A stretch of DNA of 61,412 bases, filler included, from Hausera hauseri (taxonomy: Eukaryota), in NCBI GenBank assembly GCA_046269625.1. It is 11 parts of 11 records of this genome, joined end to end, with 100 filler letters (N's around TTAATTAATTAA, not from the genome) between each part and the next. Parts side by side here need not be neighbours in the genome. Positions count along the whole stretch, not along the records: positions 12,378 to 18,476 come from JBJURY010140760.1; positions 18,577 to 23,610 come from JBJURY010355264.1; 9 more parts are not named here. One strand, written 5' to 3'. The notes under the pieces are model-generated. The model saw only the letters and a list, made by a program, of their open reading frames with translations, did not search any database and had not been told where the DNA came from. Positions 12,278-23,710 of this stretch are shown in pieces. Each line of letters starts with the position of its first letter. Within the stretch, counting starts at the first letter, position 1. The translations under genes and the position numbers were made by a program.

Positions 12278-12377
12278 NNNNNNNNNNNNNNNNNNNNNNN
12301 NNNNNNNNNNNNNNNNNNNNNTTAATTAATTAANNNNNNNNNNNNNNNNNNNNNNNNNNNNNNNNNNNNNNNNNNNN
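12278..12377. other. Artificial contig spacer
   Basis: N44-TTAATTAATTAA-N44. Confidence 0.98.
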
Positions 12378-13590
12378 GAGTTGTAATTTCGTCACCTGTG
12401 TTTTCATATATGCGTGACTCCGCGCGGATTTCGTCTAATGTGCGCAATGTAACTGTTTCATTTTGTTTATTTTCCACATATACGTGTATTATGTAATCGG
12501 ATTGTGGTTTTAACGAATTACATTCTGTCTGTTGAGTGTTTTTAAATAACGTTACCTTTTTACTGTATGTTGTTCGGCAGCTTATGTGTATGTCATAATT
12601 TAATTTTTCTTGCGCGAAGAACACAATTTTGAATGTGTGCCAAAAATTTAATGGGTATGTTTTCTAATTCTCTTTTAGACGCACTTTCCGAAATAACAGG
12701 TATGACAGTATTACTAACTCGGGTAGTCGGCTTTTCGGTTGTCGCCTCTACTGTAATTTGCCATATTTTATTTGGGTAATATGTTTGCAAATGTTTGCTC
12801 GGTTTATTTGGTCTTACTTCGTATAAGTCGAACTTTATTTTGAATCCTTGATTTACTGGTAGCTTGCAACATGGGTGCTGTACACTGGCGTGAATAGAGC
12901 AGTAATTTTTCCTCGGGTTTCGCCCGTTTACCGCTTCGAAGACAATACTAATTTCTAGACTGTCGTTCAACCCTGATCGAGCATCTACTTGGATACATTG
13001 TTTTTCTCTATTTACCGAAATTTGCTTTATATTTTCGTCCAGTAACTTTACCACTGGATTGGTGGATTGTGGGATTTCTATGGGCTCTTTTCCGAAACGT
13101 CCAGGCCAAGGGGGAATGACCAACTGAAGTTTTGGGTTTACTTCTAGATAGTATTCTGACGAATCAGTTAAGTATAATCGATAAGTGAGAATGTAAACAT
13201 GTTCGTACTCTACGTCGCAACACTGGGTATAATTTCCGGGTTCAAAACCACAGTTTTTCATCACTTTTGTTGTCACGTCATACAGAACAATCTGAAATTT
13301 TCCAAAATCGTGGTGTGGTTTCCAAGTTTTAAACCCTACGCACGTGGAGTCTATCGAAAAGTAATTAAGCGTTATTGACTGTAATAATTTAGTGTCTTCT
13401 TGCTTTTGTATCTCCTCGGTTGTTGGCCTCCTTTTCGCTATATTGTTCTTCTCCTTTAATCCGTTTTTTCTTATTCCGTATACGTCTCATAACGTAGATT
13501 CATCGTCCCACCATTGAGTTCGTATTCTTGTAATATAAGAAGCAAACAAAGATAGTGCTAAAATAATTTGGACATATGAGATCGGCCTAG
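12378..13590 (-). pseudogene. Family-1 post-integrase accessory protein, second copy
   Basis: YVQIILALSLFASY..QWWDDESTL follows the integrase; Cys-rich domains; FN3-type motif CNSLKPQSDYIIHVYVENKQN at 12460-12522. Confidence 0.7.
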
Positions 13591-16500
13591 CTATTTTTGA
13601 GGAAGATTTTACCTGTCGTTGACGTAAATTGTAACGTTTATTGGGTCGTATATCTGTCTTGACGACTCTCTGTACTGACACGATTTCTTCTTTTCCATTT
13701 TTATTAATGTACACCGTCGTTGGTGTGATTTTAGTAATTTCATACGGTCCTCGGCCACTTCGGGTCAATTTCAACGAGGTCCCTTTTCCGGCTGCTGGAT
13801 AATGTACATAAACCCAATTTCCTTCCTTTAAATCATGTGACTTTGCCCTTTTGTCGTATTGTTTTTTAAATTGCTCTTGGTATTCTTGCTATAATTATTC
13901 GGCAATTTTCCAACATTTTCGTAATCGCGCCTGCATCACTTCTGCAAAATTCTGTTCTAGATCTTGTATATGGTGTCATTCCTAGGTCTGTAGGCAACAC
14001 AGCTTCATGCCCATAGATCATAAATAATGGTGTAAATCCCTTTGCTAGGTACGGTGTGGTATTCATGACAAATTGAGTCCCTTCTACAAATTCGTCCCAA
14101 TCCTTTTGGTCCTTAGCCACTACTGTGGATAGTGTACGTATGACGGTTTCGTTCATTCGTTCAACCATCCCATTACATTGACGATGATACGCAGTAGTAT
14201 TTAGTTGTTCAATTTCAAATATTTTGGTGATCTTCTCAAATAGTTCACTCGTAAAATTTCTTCCACGGTCGGTTAATATTTGATATGGGGTCCAATATCT
14301 GCAGATGATTTTTCTTACTACAGACTCTGCCAAGGTTTCTGCCTTTTGGTCAATTAACGCTATCAACTTGATAAAATGAGTTAGTCGGTCAATTCAAGTC
14401 AAGATATATTTATTATTTTTGAGAGTCGTAGGTAACGGTGCTACAATGTCCATTGACATGGCTTGCATAGGCCTGTCTGGTACGGCGATTGGTTTTAGTT
14501 CTGCAATGTAGTTCTTTGTCCTTTTTTGTTTTGTTCCACATATTTCACAAGCATTTACCCAACGTTTCACATCAATATAGATACTGGGCCAGAAATATTT
14601 ATTCAAATTTCTTTTTAACGTCTTTTTCCATGACATATGTCCTGCTAAGTATGAATTATGTTCCGTCATAAAGACTTCGGTCCTTAAACTTTTAGGAGTA
14701 ACTAATAATTTTCTCCCTTTTCGCTCATAGTACAAAACGTCTTAACTGCTCTTATTCAAGATACAGTATTTGTATCCATGTCTGTGTAAGTGCTTCTTTA
14801 GTTGTCGTCCTCTTGGCATAATATCTTTTTTAGCAAATTCTATAATCTGCTGGATAACTTTATCTTTCCTTTGTTCTACCGTAATTTTGATGGCTTTATC
14901 TGTTGTCAATGTACGTTGGCGGTCTATTAATTCTTCGAGTTGAGTCCTCTTCATTATGGTGATTGCACTCGTCTTAGTTCTTAACCTAGATAGCGCGTCG
15001 TCATCTACATGCTTATTTTCCGGTTTATAGCGAAATTCAATATTGTATCTAGAGATTTCTTCGATCCATCGATTAAACCTGCATGTCAGATTATTTGTCC
15101 GTCCTTTTAGAGTCGTGACGGCTTTTAGATCAGTGACAATTATAATTTTGTGCCCGTACACGTAAACGCTGAAGTGTCGCAGGGTTTCTTTTTCGGCTAG
15201 AGTTTCTAATTCGGTAACGGAATAATTTTTCTCGACCTTTCTCAGAGAGCGCCCTCCGTAAGCAATTGGATGTTCTAATTCTTCGTCTTCTCTCTTCTGT
15301 GCTAATTCATATCCAATGCTTTCCTTGCCGGCATCCGTCTTGATTATAAAGGGTAAATTGAAGTCCGGGTATAGTAGGACTGGTTCACTTGTTAGTATCT
15401 TCTTCATTTCGTCGAAAGCTTTCTGTTCGACATCTGTCCACCTCCATCTAATTCTTTTTTAGAGTAGACGATATAAGGGTGCATTTATTTTCGAGTTGTC
15501 TGGCACATAAGTGGCATAATATCCACAGAGACCTAACCAATGTCTAAACTCTTTCTGATTTTGGAGCTCCATGCAATCTGATATTTCGTTCAATATTGAC
15601 TTATCTGGTTTTGATCCTCCTTCCCCAACTATATGACCAAGGCAGGACACTGCATTTTGGGCCTATTTACACTTTTTTGGATTTAATTTCAATCCGGCTT
15701 GTTCGAGTCGCCTCAGTGTATGCTCGATGTCCTTTAGATTTTCTTCCTCTGTTCTTCATGCTATCATCACGTCGTCTAAATACGCAAAGGCATGATCTAG
15801 TCCCATCAACATTTTGTTTATCATTCTAGTAAAGATAGCTGGTCCAGTGGTAATGCCAAACGTTATTACATTAAACTCGTAGACACCATCGTGTGTTTTG
15901 AATGCAGTTTTTTTATATCGGTCTTCGTCCTCAATTTCTACTTGCCAATATCCGGATTGTAAATACAGCGTGGTAAACCATTTTGCCCCTGAGAGCCTGT
16001 CTAGAGCTTTTTTTACCGATGGCAATGGAAAAGAATCCTTCATGATGAGATTGTTTAACGCCATGTAGTCAATGCAGAATCAATGTTTTGTAGTACCCTT
16101 CTTTTTGACCATAAGGATCGGTGAGTACCAAGATCTATAACTGGGTTTAATTATGTCGGCCTTAATTATTTGCTCGACTTCCTTTGTTATCTCGGGCCTT
16201 AGAGAATGCGGTGGAGGATACCACTTCGGCATTTTTTGGTCTTCCAGATCTATCGCTTCATTTGAACCAGGCTTTTTGTTAAGCGGAATAGTTAATTTTT
16301 ATGCCTTTGCCCTGCCGATATTTTCTTCATCCTTAGCAATAAGTGACTTATAACGGTATAATAATTCATAGAATCTACAATAAGATTCGGGGGAAAACCT
16401 AGTTTCAACATGCGGTGGAAATTCAGCATATTTGTAAGGTTTTTTTTCAATAGTTATGGTTGACACTCTATATGTATCTCCCAATGTTGTATAAGCATGG

Positions 16501-17100
16501 AGCTTCACGGGGGTCGGCTCGCTATTGGCTATTCTAATTGGTACTCGACCAGAGCGCACCCTGGTCAGTATGTTACTCAGCGTTATATTTGGATCTAATG
16601 TCTCCTTTGGTTTGAAGTATATCGGTTGATCCTTATCCTGTTGGACTTCAGCATAAATTATTATTGCAGCTCTTAGTGGAATATTTTCGTCCACTGGTAT
16701 TCATACTTCTCCGAACTTCCTATCTTTGGCGTTTTTACGCCCTTATTTGGTCTGATTTCTATTCATTTTCCTGTCTGTAAGTCAATTGGTAGTCTTTTTA
16801 GTAGAACACATCCTAGAACTACGTCGTTTGTCAATTGTTCCATAACTGCGAATTTATGGTGGAAAAATTGTCCACCTATTTATACTTCTGGGTTCCATTT
16901 AAATATTGGTTTTGACACCTGACAGAAGGTTCCTGTGCTTCCGGAATCTTTTACTGACGGTGAATAGAACTGTCTTCTTAGCCTTACAGGGATTGAATTA
17001 TTTTTAACGTACGACATTTCCAAACCTGTATCAATCAAGGCATATACTTCCCAATACTCAATAATAATTTTGGCGAAGGGCCTACCTTCTATACTGTTCC
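13591..17100 (-). pseudogene. pol: Family-1 pol: protease, RT, RNase H, integrase (frameshifted)
   Basis: ALIDTG (17024-17032), LQSGYWQV..TFGITTGPAIF..YLDD, FIIKTDA..YSVTELETLA, HHCC, LTDRG..MVERMN, GRGPYEI; Gypsy domain order. Confidence 0.95.
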
Positions 17101-17358
17101 GAAACAGTTTGATGCAATCTTCGGGTGTTTTGTTGCCGATATTTTGTGCCCATTAATTCGGATTTCTGGAGAGGGTACCGTGTTTTTTGCTATTTGGCTC
17201 AATTCTCCGTTTGGATATAGATCATTATTTTCAACGTTTTCTTCTTCCACCTCACAAGTGTTAATTAATGGTTCTCGATTGTTAGTATATGGTTCCATAT
17301 TCCGGAAGGTCTTAAATTTTGGATTGTCCCAGACAGGCGATTTTGTTTCTATACTTCA

Positions 17359-18476
17359 CTATTTTCTCGGAAAGTGCAATATTCTGGGGTCGTTGAGAGG
17401 CTGTCGATAACACATTTTCCTAAGGACTCCGTAACGTTTTGTTCCTTTATAAGGATCTCCTAAACTAATTGTCCTTTTATAGATTTCTGTCTGATATAAA
17501 CTCATTGATTGTTTGTCACAGTTTTCGTAGACTGGAGCGGTAGGGGGTAGCATAGGCAATGGTGCCTTAACGACAGAATACATCTTATGTCTGTTTGTTC
17601 CTGAAAGTACTTCTCCTCCCTTAGGCTCGTCATCCTCTGAATTATTTCTTCGCGTATTAGGTTTTGTAAATTTCCGCTTGTACAATAACATAGGCCTTCC
17701 TTTTCGTTTACGATTATAATAACCGACATGGCGTTCTACGTCCGAATTCCATATATTTTCTTCGTATGCTTTTAAGAACTTTCCAAAAGGTGTTATGATT
17801 GCAGTCAGTATTTTGCATGAAAATCCGGGCAATGTAAATATTTCATACCCATTAATTACTGCTTGGATGACTGCCTTAATCATTTGTATCAGAAAATATA
17901 TCGCTAAGAATCCGGATGCGGCTTGTCCAAAAATCAAAAATCTTCCCAAAATTTTGTAGAGTATTTTTGTAATTACTCGCTAGCAATGGTTTACTCCAAG
18001 CAAGGATTCCTATTTAGCTTGATATCGAGTATCGTGTACTACGGAGGCCATAACTCGGTTTAATTCGTGTGTTCGCTGTCGTAAAAAAGCGAGGTATTAT
18101 CTGAAGGCTTCGATTTCCTTAAGCCTATATATGCCTTTTGACGAGGTGTCTTGAAATTTGTCGTCTGTAATTCCTTTTGAAAGATTTGTTCCTGTTAATT
18201 TATTTGGAGCAGCAGTAATATTTCCATTTGGCAAACTGGCCCAATCTGTTTCACTACGTCTATCATGGGTTCTCCTAAGCTTGCTTTATAATCCTTAAGG
18301 ATTGTTTGTTCAGTTGCATTGTCTAATAGCACTCTAGTGAGTGGCATAGCTAACTTTGGAATATTCTGGTAAATCACGGGAAGTTCCTGCATGCAGCGTT
18401 TTTCTTCAACGTTGATTGGTGCATCTCTTTTCTCACATTCGTAAGTCAATAGTACTTCACCGGTAACTCGACCAAA
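17359..18476 (-). pseudogene. env: Chuvirus-like class III fusion glycoprotein (C-terminal half, TM region and basic cytoplasmic tail) upstream of the protease
   Basis: GRVTGEVLLTYEC..CMQELPVIYQNIPKLAMPLTRVLL, KGIYRLKEIEAFR.YLAF and GRFLIFGQAASGFLAIYFLIQMIKAVIQAVINGYEIFTLPGFSCKILTAI follow the motif series I recall for chuvirus glycoproteins (AGEVxHIIKC, CYxELPV, GIYxxEDL..HIMFP, FGxxSAG..IHGYALH.VYGWS). Confidence 0.8.
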
Positions 18477-18576
18477 NNNNNNNNNNNNNNNNNNNNNNNN
18501 NNNNNNNNNNNNNNNNNNNNTTAATTAATTAANNNNNNNNNNNNNNNNNNNNNNNNNNNNNNNNNNNNNNNNNNNN
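18477..18576. other. Artificial contig spacer
   Basis: N44-TTAATTAATTAA-N44. Confidence 0.98.
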
Positions 18577-18974
18577 TTTAAAAATATTAAAAAAAATTTT
18601 CTTATTGTTGTTTAAATAATCGAAAAAAGGCAGTTTTTACTTATCGTAGCAGACGGACATTTTTTAATGCTTTGACATTGTATGAAAATACATCGTTCAG
18701 TGCTTATATTTTGTCGAGAAATTTATGTTTGAAACTACGTCAAATTTATTTTTCAACGAAATACCCAGGTCCCGTGCAAGGATTGATATTGTTCTTCTGT
18801 CACATGTTAATGTTTTTGATTTAGTGACTAACATTTTCACTCCTAAAAGGAATCAGGTTACCCCAGTCGCGTCGAAACAAAATTTACTAAACCCAGATAA
18901 ATTCAAAAACGATAAATGGTTATATGATGAATGATAATACTACAAAAGCTTATTTGATGAGAAATGTTACGATG

Positions 18975-19064
18975 AATGATGATACGAAAAATAACGATCC
19001 GATAAATGACGATATGATAAATAACGATACAATAAATAAAGATGCGATAAATGTCGATACAATA
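18975..19064 (+). repeat. Degenerate 15-bp minisatellite (6 units, consensus AATRAYGATNNRATA)
   Basis: aatgatgatacgaaa / aataacgatccgata / aatgacgatatgata / aataacgatacaata / aataaagatgcgata / aatgtcgatacaata; encodes NxDxI-like pentapeptides. Confidence 0.75.
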
Positions 19065-20669
19065 AAAGCAAATATCCATACAAAAATATCAATAAATGGT
19101 GTCAGATGCCTCAGTATTCTCAGACAAATTCCTGCCCTACGTTCCGATTTTGTGGATACATAAAGCAAACGATGATCCAAGGATCCACTGTCGTCGGGTT
19201 GCGCATGCAGCGGCCAACACGCAGATCACAGGTTGGTGAGTTTGATTTTATGTTTAAACCCATTTTACGACTCCAATTTTTATAATGAAAGTAAACGCAT
19301 AAATAAAAACAAAAAACAAAATCAAACCGATCATGATGTCGAATTAAACAATTTAACGTATGTTATACCGCGAAATTTTTATGATATTATTGATACAAAT
19401 TTGAATTTACTCTATCCAAAATGTAGTAGTAATCACAAAATAACAATGAATATTAATTCCTTCCGTAATTCGTATATTTATGAATCCTATAGTAGTCTGC
19501 TTCAAATATCTAATGAAAACAGGGAAAATATTTTTCATGAGTGTGTAAATCAGAACGATGTAGATAACAATTACGAGGTACCACCCAATACAGCAACGAG
19601 AAGTGCCATCTCTACTGATCGCTTTGATAATGTCGTAAAACAGAATAATTTTCCCATAAAATCTGATCACCATTAAACTGGAAAACGCAATGACACAAAT
19701 TGTTATTTATTTGTAACCGTACCATCCGATATTTGTGTTGCTTCAAAAGACTTTAAAATAGATTTTACATTGGACAATAATGTAACAATTTCTGATAGTG
19801 AATTATTAGACAAATCGGAATTTTATGAAACGCATTCGGACCAATTTCTCATATTAAATCCAATATTATGTATGCCGATAAGAAACAACAATAAACAAAC
19901 GACTAATACTCCATATCAAATTGAAGAAGACCTGATCGATAAAACTATGCATAAAAAACTTCGTCAAAACTCTTCAAGGCAATTATTGGTTTATACAAAC
20001 ACCACTTTGAATCGCAATGTGGCAGTCATTTGTGATTGGGATATTCCATCCGATGCCCATTCTGCTACTCATACGATTATACCCGACGATCTCTATTACG
20101 ATTTTATATCAAACCATTCAATGACAACGAGCCATACCGTTGTCTCACTCTACGTATTGGGACTTTCCAACAAGAAACAGACACTTTCCGAAGATAAAAC
20201 CAGTTTGGTTGTCGATGACTGCTGTAACACGTTACCAAATTTTGTATTTCGAAAAACAACATCGTCACAAGCACCGACGCATTCACGACTAAATATTTGT
20301 TTTTCATTACCTATGCTGCTACAATCCGGAATGAAACGATCACAGGCTTTGGATGGAGTTTGTGATTTGTTGAAAAGTCGGATTTGGAATTCAAGAAAAT
20401 TCAACAAGACACCTTTAAGATTATGGATAATGACGATGTCTATTCGGATGCAGTGGATTCGTTTGAAGCAGAAAGCCATTTAAGAATTGGCGGTAGTTGT
20501 AACGATATTCCTTTTATTGATGATGATGCATGTTATACCGATTCTTTCTATGGTTAATCGAATTATAAGGTGTGGTTACTTAAACATCCACAACTCTCTA
20601 AATTTATTGATATACGGAGCACCAGAACAGTCTGCGATGAACACTGGTCATCAGAGATCGGTTTTGGAG

Positions 20670-21695
20670 CTGCCCCATCGGATATGCGGCCCGAATATCA
20701 TCTGGTCAGAAACCTGGACGCGTCCGTAAACCGTGCACCACAACACGTCTGTGGCATCACTCTTCAGTCCCTTTCTTTTTTTTAAAATAACATATTTCTA
20801 CCATACAAACTAGTAACACGGACATTGATTACACCCTCTATATGTCTCTATTCTTTTTCCTACACACTTGCGACTTTTATTTGTCGCAACATGGTTCTGT
20901 GCTACACCCGTCTGACTCATTTTCTTCCTTCGCTTCTCCGATCATTTATCTCACCCTTCACTTTCACATCCGGGGTGGTTCGGACACTGATCCTTCTGCT
21001 GAAAATTCCTCCAAAACAAGATCTGGTCGTCGCCCTGCTGACTCTGCACAATCTGCTTCTCCTAATCTTCCTTGCACAGAATTCTTCCTCGATAAAACTA
21101 ATTTAAGCCGCATTTGGCTACAGTTTCATTTACAATAGCTTAAAGCCAATCATATTACCGATTTTTTCTTGCGCGCCAACAGCTTGTTAATTCTTCTCCC
21201 AGAAAATATCAAGCATCAAATCAATAATCTTGCTGATATCCTTACTTCTCCAACACCATATGACATGCTTTATGAGTCTGTTTTTTATATTACCAATCCA
21301 TCGATTGATAATATAATACAGATGTACTTTAACGAACATGCTATAGGCAATCAAAAGCCTTCTGACTTTCTGCAGACCTCTATTTCACACCTAAATGCTC
21401 TTGGCGTTACCCCCACCAAAAATGAAAATTTGATTCGTTGTTATTTTTTCTTCTCCTTGCTCACTTCCATTAGAGCTCTACTTAATGTCGTTGACGACTC
21501 GACGGCGATTGAAAAACGTACTCTATTGGCTTATAAAAGTTTCGAAATTTTACAAACTAACAACTTACAACCCGTATCTGCAGCAACCACACATACTCCA
21601 TCGCACGTAGACACGACTGTTTTCGCACAGCAGCTACAATTAATTCAGAAACAATACGATACTCTACAACATTAAATTTCTGCCATCACGGCCCG
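20670..21695 (+). mobile_element. gag: Gypsy family-2 fragment: LTR end/leader plus gag
   Basis: WLQFHLQ..LLPENIK..PYDMLY..IGNQKPSDFLQTSISHL..IRALLNVV is homologous to the contig H gag (44715-45320). Confidence 0.8.
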
Positions 21696-22449
21696 ATGTT
21701 TGATTTAGAATATTATTTTTCAGCTGACGGTAAAATAACTCCATTAACGCAAATAACCAATTTAATTTTTTTATTTCAAAATTTTAAAAACACTATTGAT
21801 TTTCATTGAATTCGCAAATAACCATATAAACGTATAATAAATATCAGTGGGAATCATTAATAAAACAAACCATATAAAATTAATAAGTAAAGTCAAAAAC
21901 GGCCATCAAAATATTTTTTATCGTTTACCCATGTGCAAAATTGACAAATCCCAATTAGATGATTCACGCGGACTTTCTTTGCATACTAAGATTTTCTCTT
22001 ATACCTATTTGTTAAACGTTTTCTAATAAGGTCTTGCATAGTCAATCATTACATTATTTTCAATTTTAGATTCTTTGACATTATCTTCCATAACACATAA
22101 TCAGATTTTACGGCAATACGATTTATTTGCCGGAATCAACATTTTTGCCATGCCGACTTCATTGACGACGGCATCCGTCGGGGGATTTAACGATGTCTGG
22201 ATGGATTCCATTTTATACTTATTGTCAAAAATCATTTTCTTCAGAGTCGACACTTGCCCTTTTAGTTTGAAGTTCTCATTGATTAAATCATCGACTTTGT
22301 TGGGTGATGCAACTGAATTATTTTGAGTAACATCACCGTACTCGTTAGCCTTTTTATTGACGTTCAGTGCCATTTCATATTCCCTATCATCAAAGAGTCA
22401 TTGATTTTCGCTCTTCAGTTAAGACAATTGGTGTTATTTGATAATCTGG

Positions 22450-23610
22450 CTTCATTTGAACAGGAACACTGAGCAATTTTGTACACAATGTCTGGCGAGA
22501 CTGTATCTCCTGAGTCCAGCGAACTTGACTGATTGAATTATTCTATGTTCTGATAATTGCATTATCGTCTCTTGCGATTGATCTGGACATATCGAAAACA
22601 TTTGACTGGTTGCAGCTGGATTGTGGCGGCACCACAATACCCCCCGTTACAAAGGTGATACTGTATTAATAAAAAGAAAGAACAGAAGACAAAGAGAAGA
22701 CAAAACAGAAATGTAGGTGAACTAATGAAACGTGGAAAGAATAGTTATAAGTTATTGCGTTTTTGTATGGACAAGGCGTTGAATCTTATCGATATTTTGT
22801 TCTCTGCTGTATTTGCTGAAGGTAACTGTCTTGTGTCTTTTGCCGTGTTGCTTAATTGTTTGCTGAGTTAGTTGGGAAGAAGTTAAATTTTGATTTGAAG
22901 TCTCAACAGCTTGGGAACTAATCGGTGTGTCCTTTGGCGTAGTTTTTTTTGTATTGATACAGGTTTTGAAATAACAGATTGTCGTGTAGGCAGAATGGAA
23001 GAAGAATTGAAGGAATCAAGAAAGGTATGTGCAGAGTTAGTTGTTGGATCCGGTGTGTCATTAACGAAAAATGCAGATTTTACGTTAGATATGTGCACAT
23101 TCTGTTCTTTGTCGTTTTTTTGTATCGTAACTGTGTGAAGTGACATTGAGGACTTTAAATGGTCCTAAATAATTTGGTTGAAATCCTGTAGGTAAAGGAT
23201 TTTTATCCACACGAACTTTGCGTTAAATAGCGAGTCAGGTAAGTATATTTTGTCTCCATGTACTATTTTACAGAAAGAATCCTGGCTTAGCTGAACGAAG
23301 TGATGTTGTGCAGATCTGATTGTTTCGTCAGTTGGTGTGTTGTCCAAATCGGTGAGTTCGAAAAGTGCGCGAATTGTAGTACCAAAGAGTGCTTTAGCAG
23401 GTGCGCAATCGGTGGTGGTAGACGGCGTGTTGCGCTACCCTAGTAAAACAAAAGGAAGGATGTTTGTTCAATTCTTATGAGATTCAGCCAGGATTTTTAG
23501 CGAAATCTTGAGAGTGCGATGAAAGCGTTCTAGTAAGCCGTTCGACTGGGGATGATATGGAGTTGTGTGTATGTGATTTATGCCCAGTCGATTAACTAGA
23601 GATTTGAATA
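22450..23610 (-). mobile_element. Gypsy family-2-related 3' end: integrase C-terminus, PPT and start of the 3' LTR
   Basis: TTPYHPQSNGLLERFHRTLK, RNTPS, YLGPFKV, NVHISNVK. A GGGGGG tract (22640-22645) is followed by TGTGGTGCCG. Confidence 0.8.
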
Positions 23611-23710
23611 NNNNNNNNNNNNNNNNNNNNNNNNNNNNNNNNNNNNNNNNNNNNTTAATTAATTAANNNNNNNNNNNNNNNNNNNNNNNNNNNNNNNNNN
23701 NNNNNNNNNN
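23611..23710. other. Artificial contig spacer
   Basis: N44-TTAATTAATTAA-N44. Confidence 0.98.

Noticed and set aside
12278-12377. Contigs B and C forming one tandem element, or I and J forming an inverted pair
   Set aside because: They are separated by artificial spacers; they overlap in content and are diverged, so they are separate copies.
13591-18476. Assigning the glycoprotein-bearing element to BEL/Pao because chuvirus env is known there
   Set aside because: The RT, RNase H and integrase motifs (DLQSGYW, PFG, YLDD, TDH..ADALSR, GPY) are Ty3/Gypsy-type.
18975-19064. 15-bp repeats as a CRISPR array
   Set aside because: No unique spacers, degenerate units, eukaryotic context and no cas genes.
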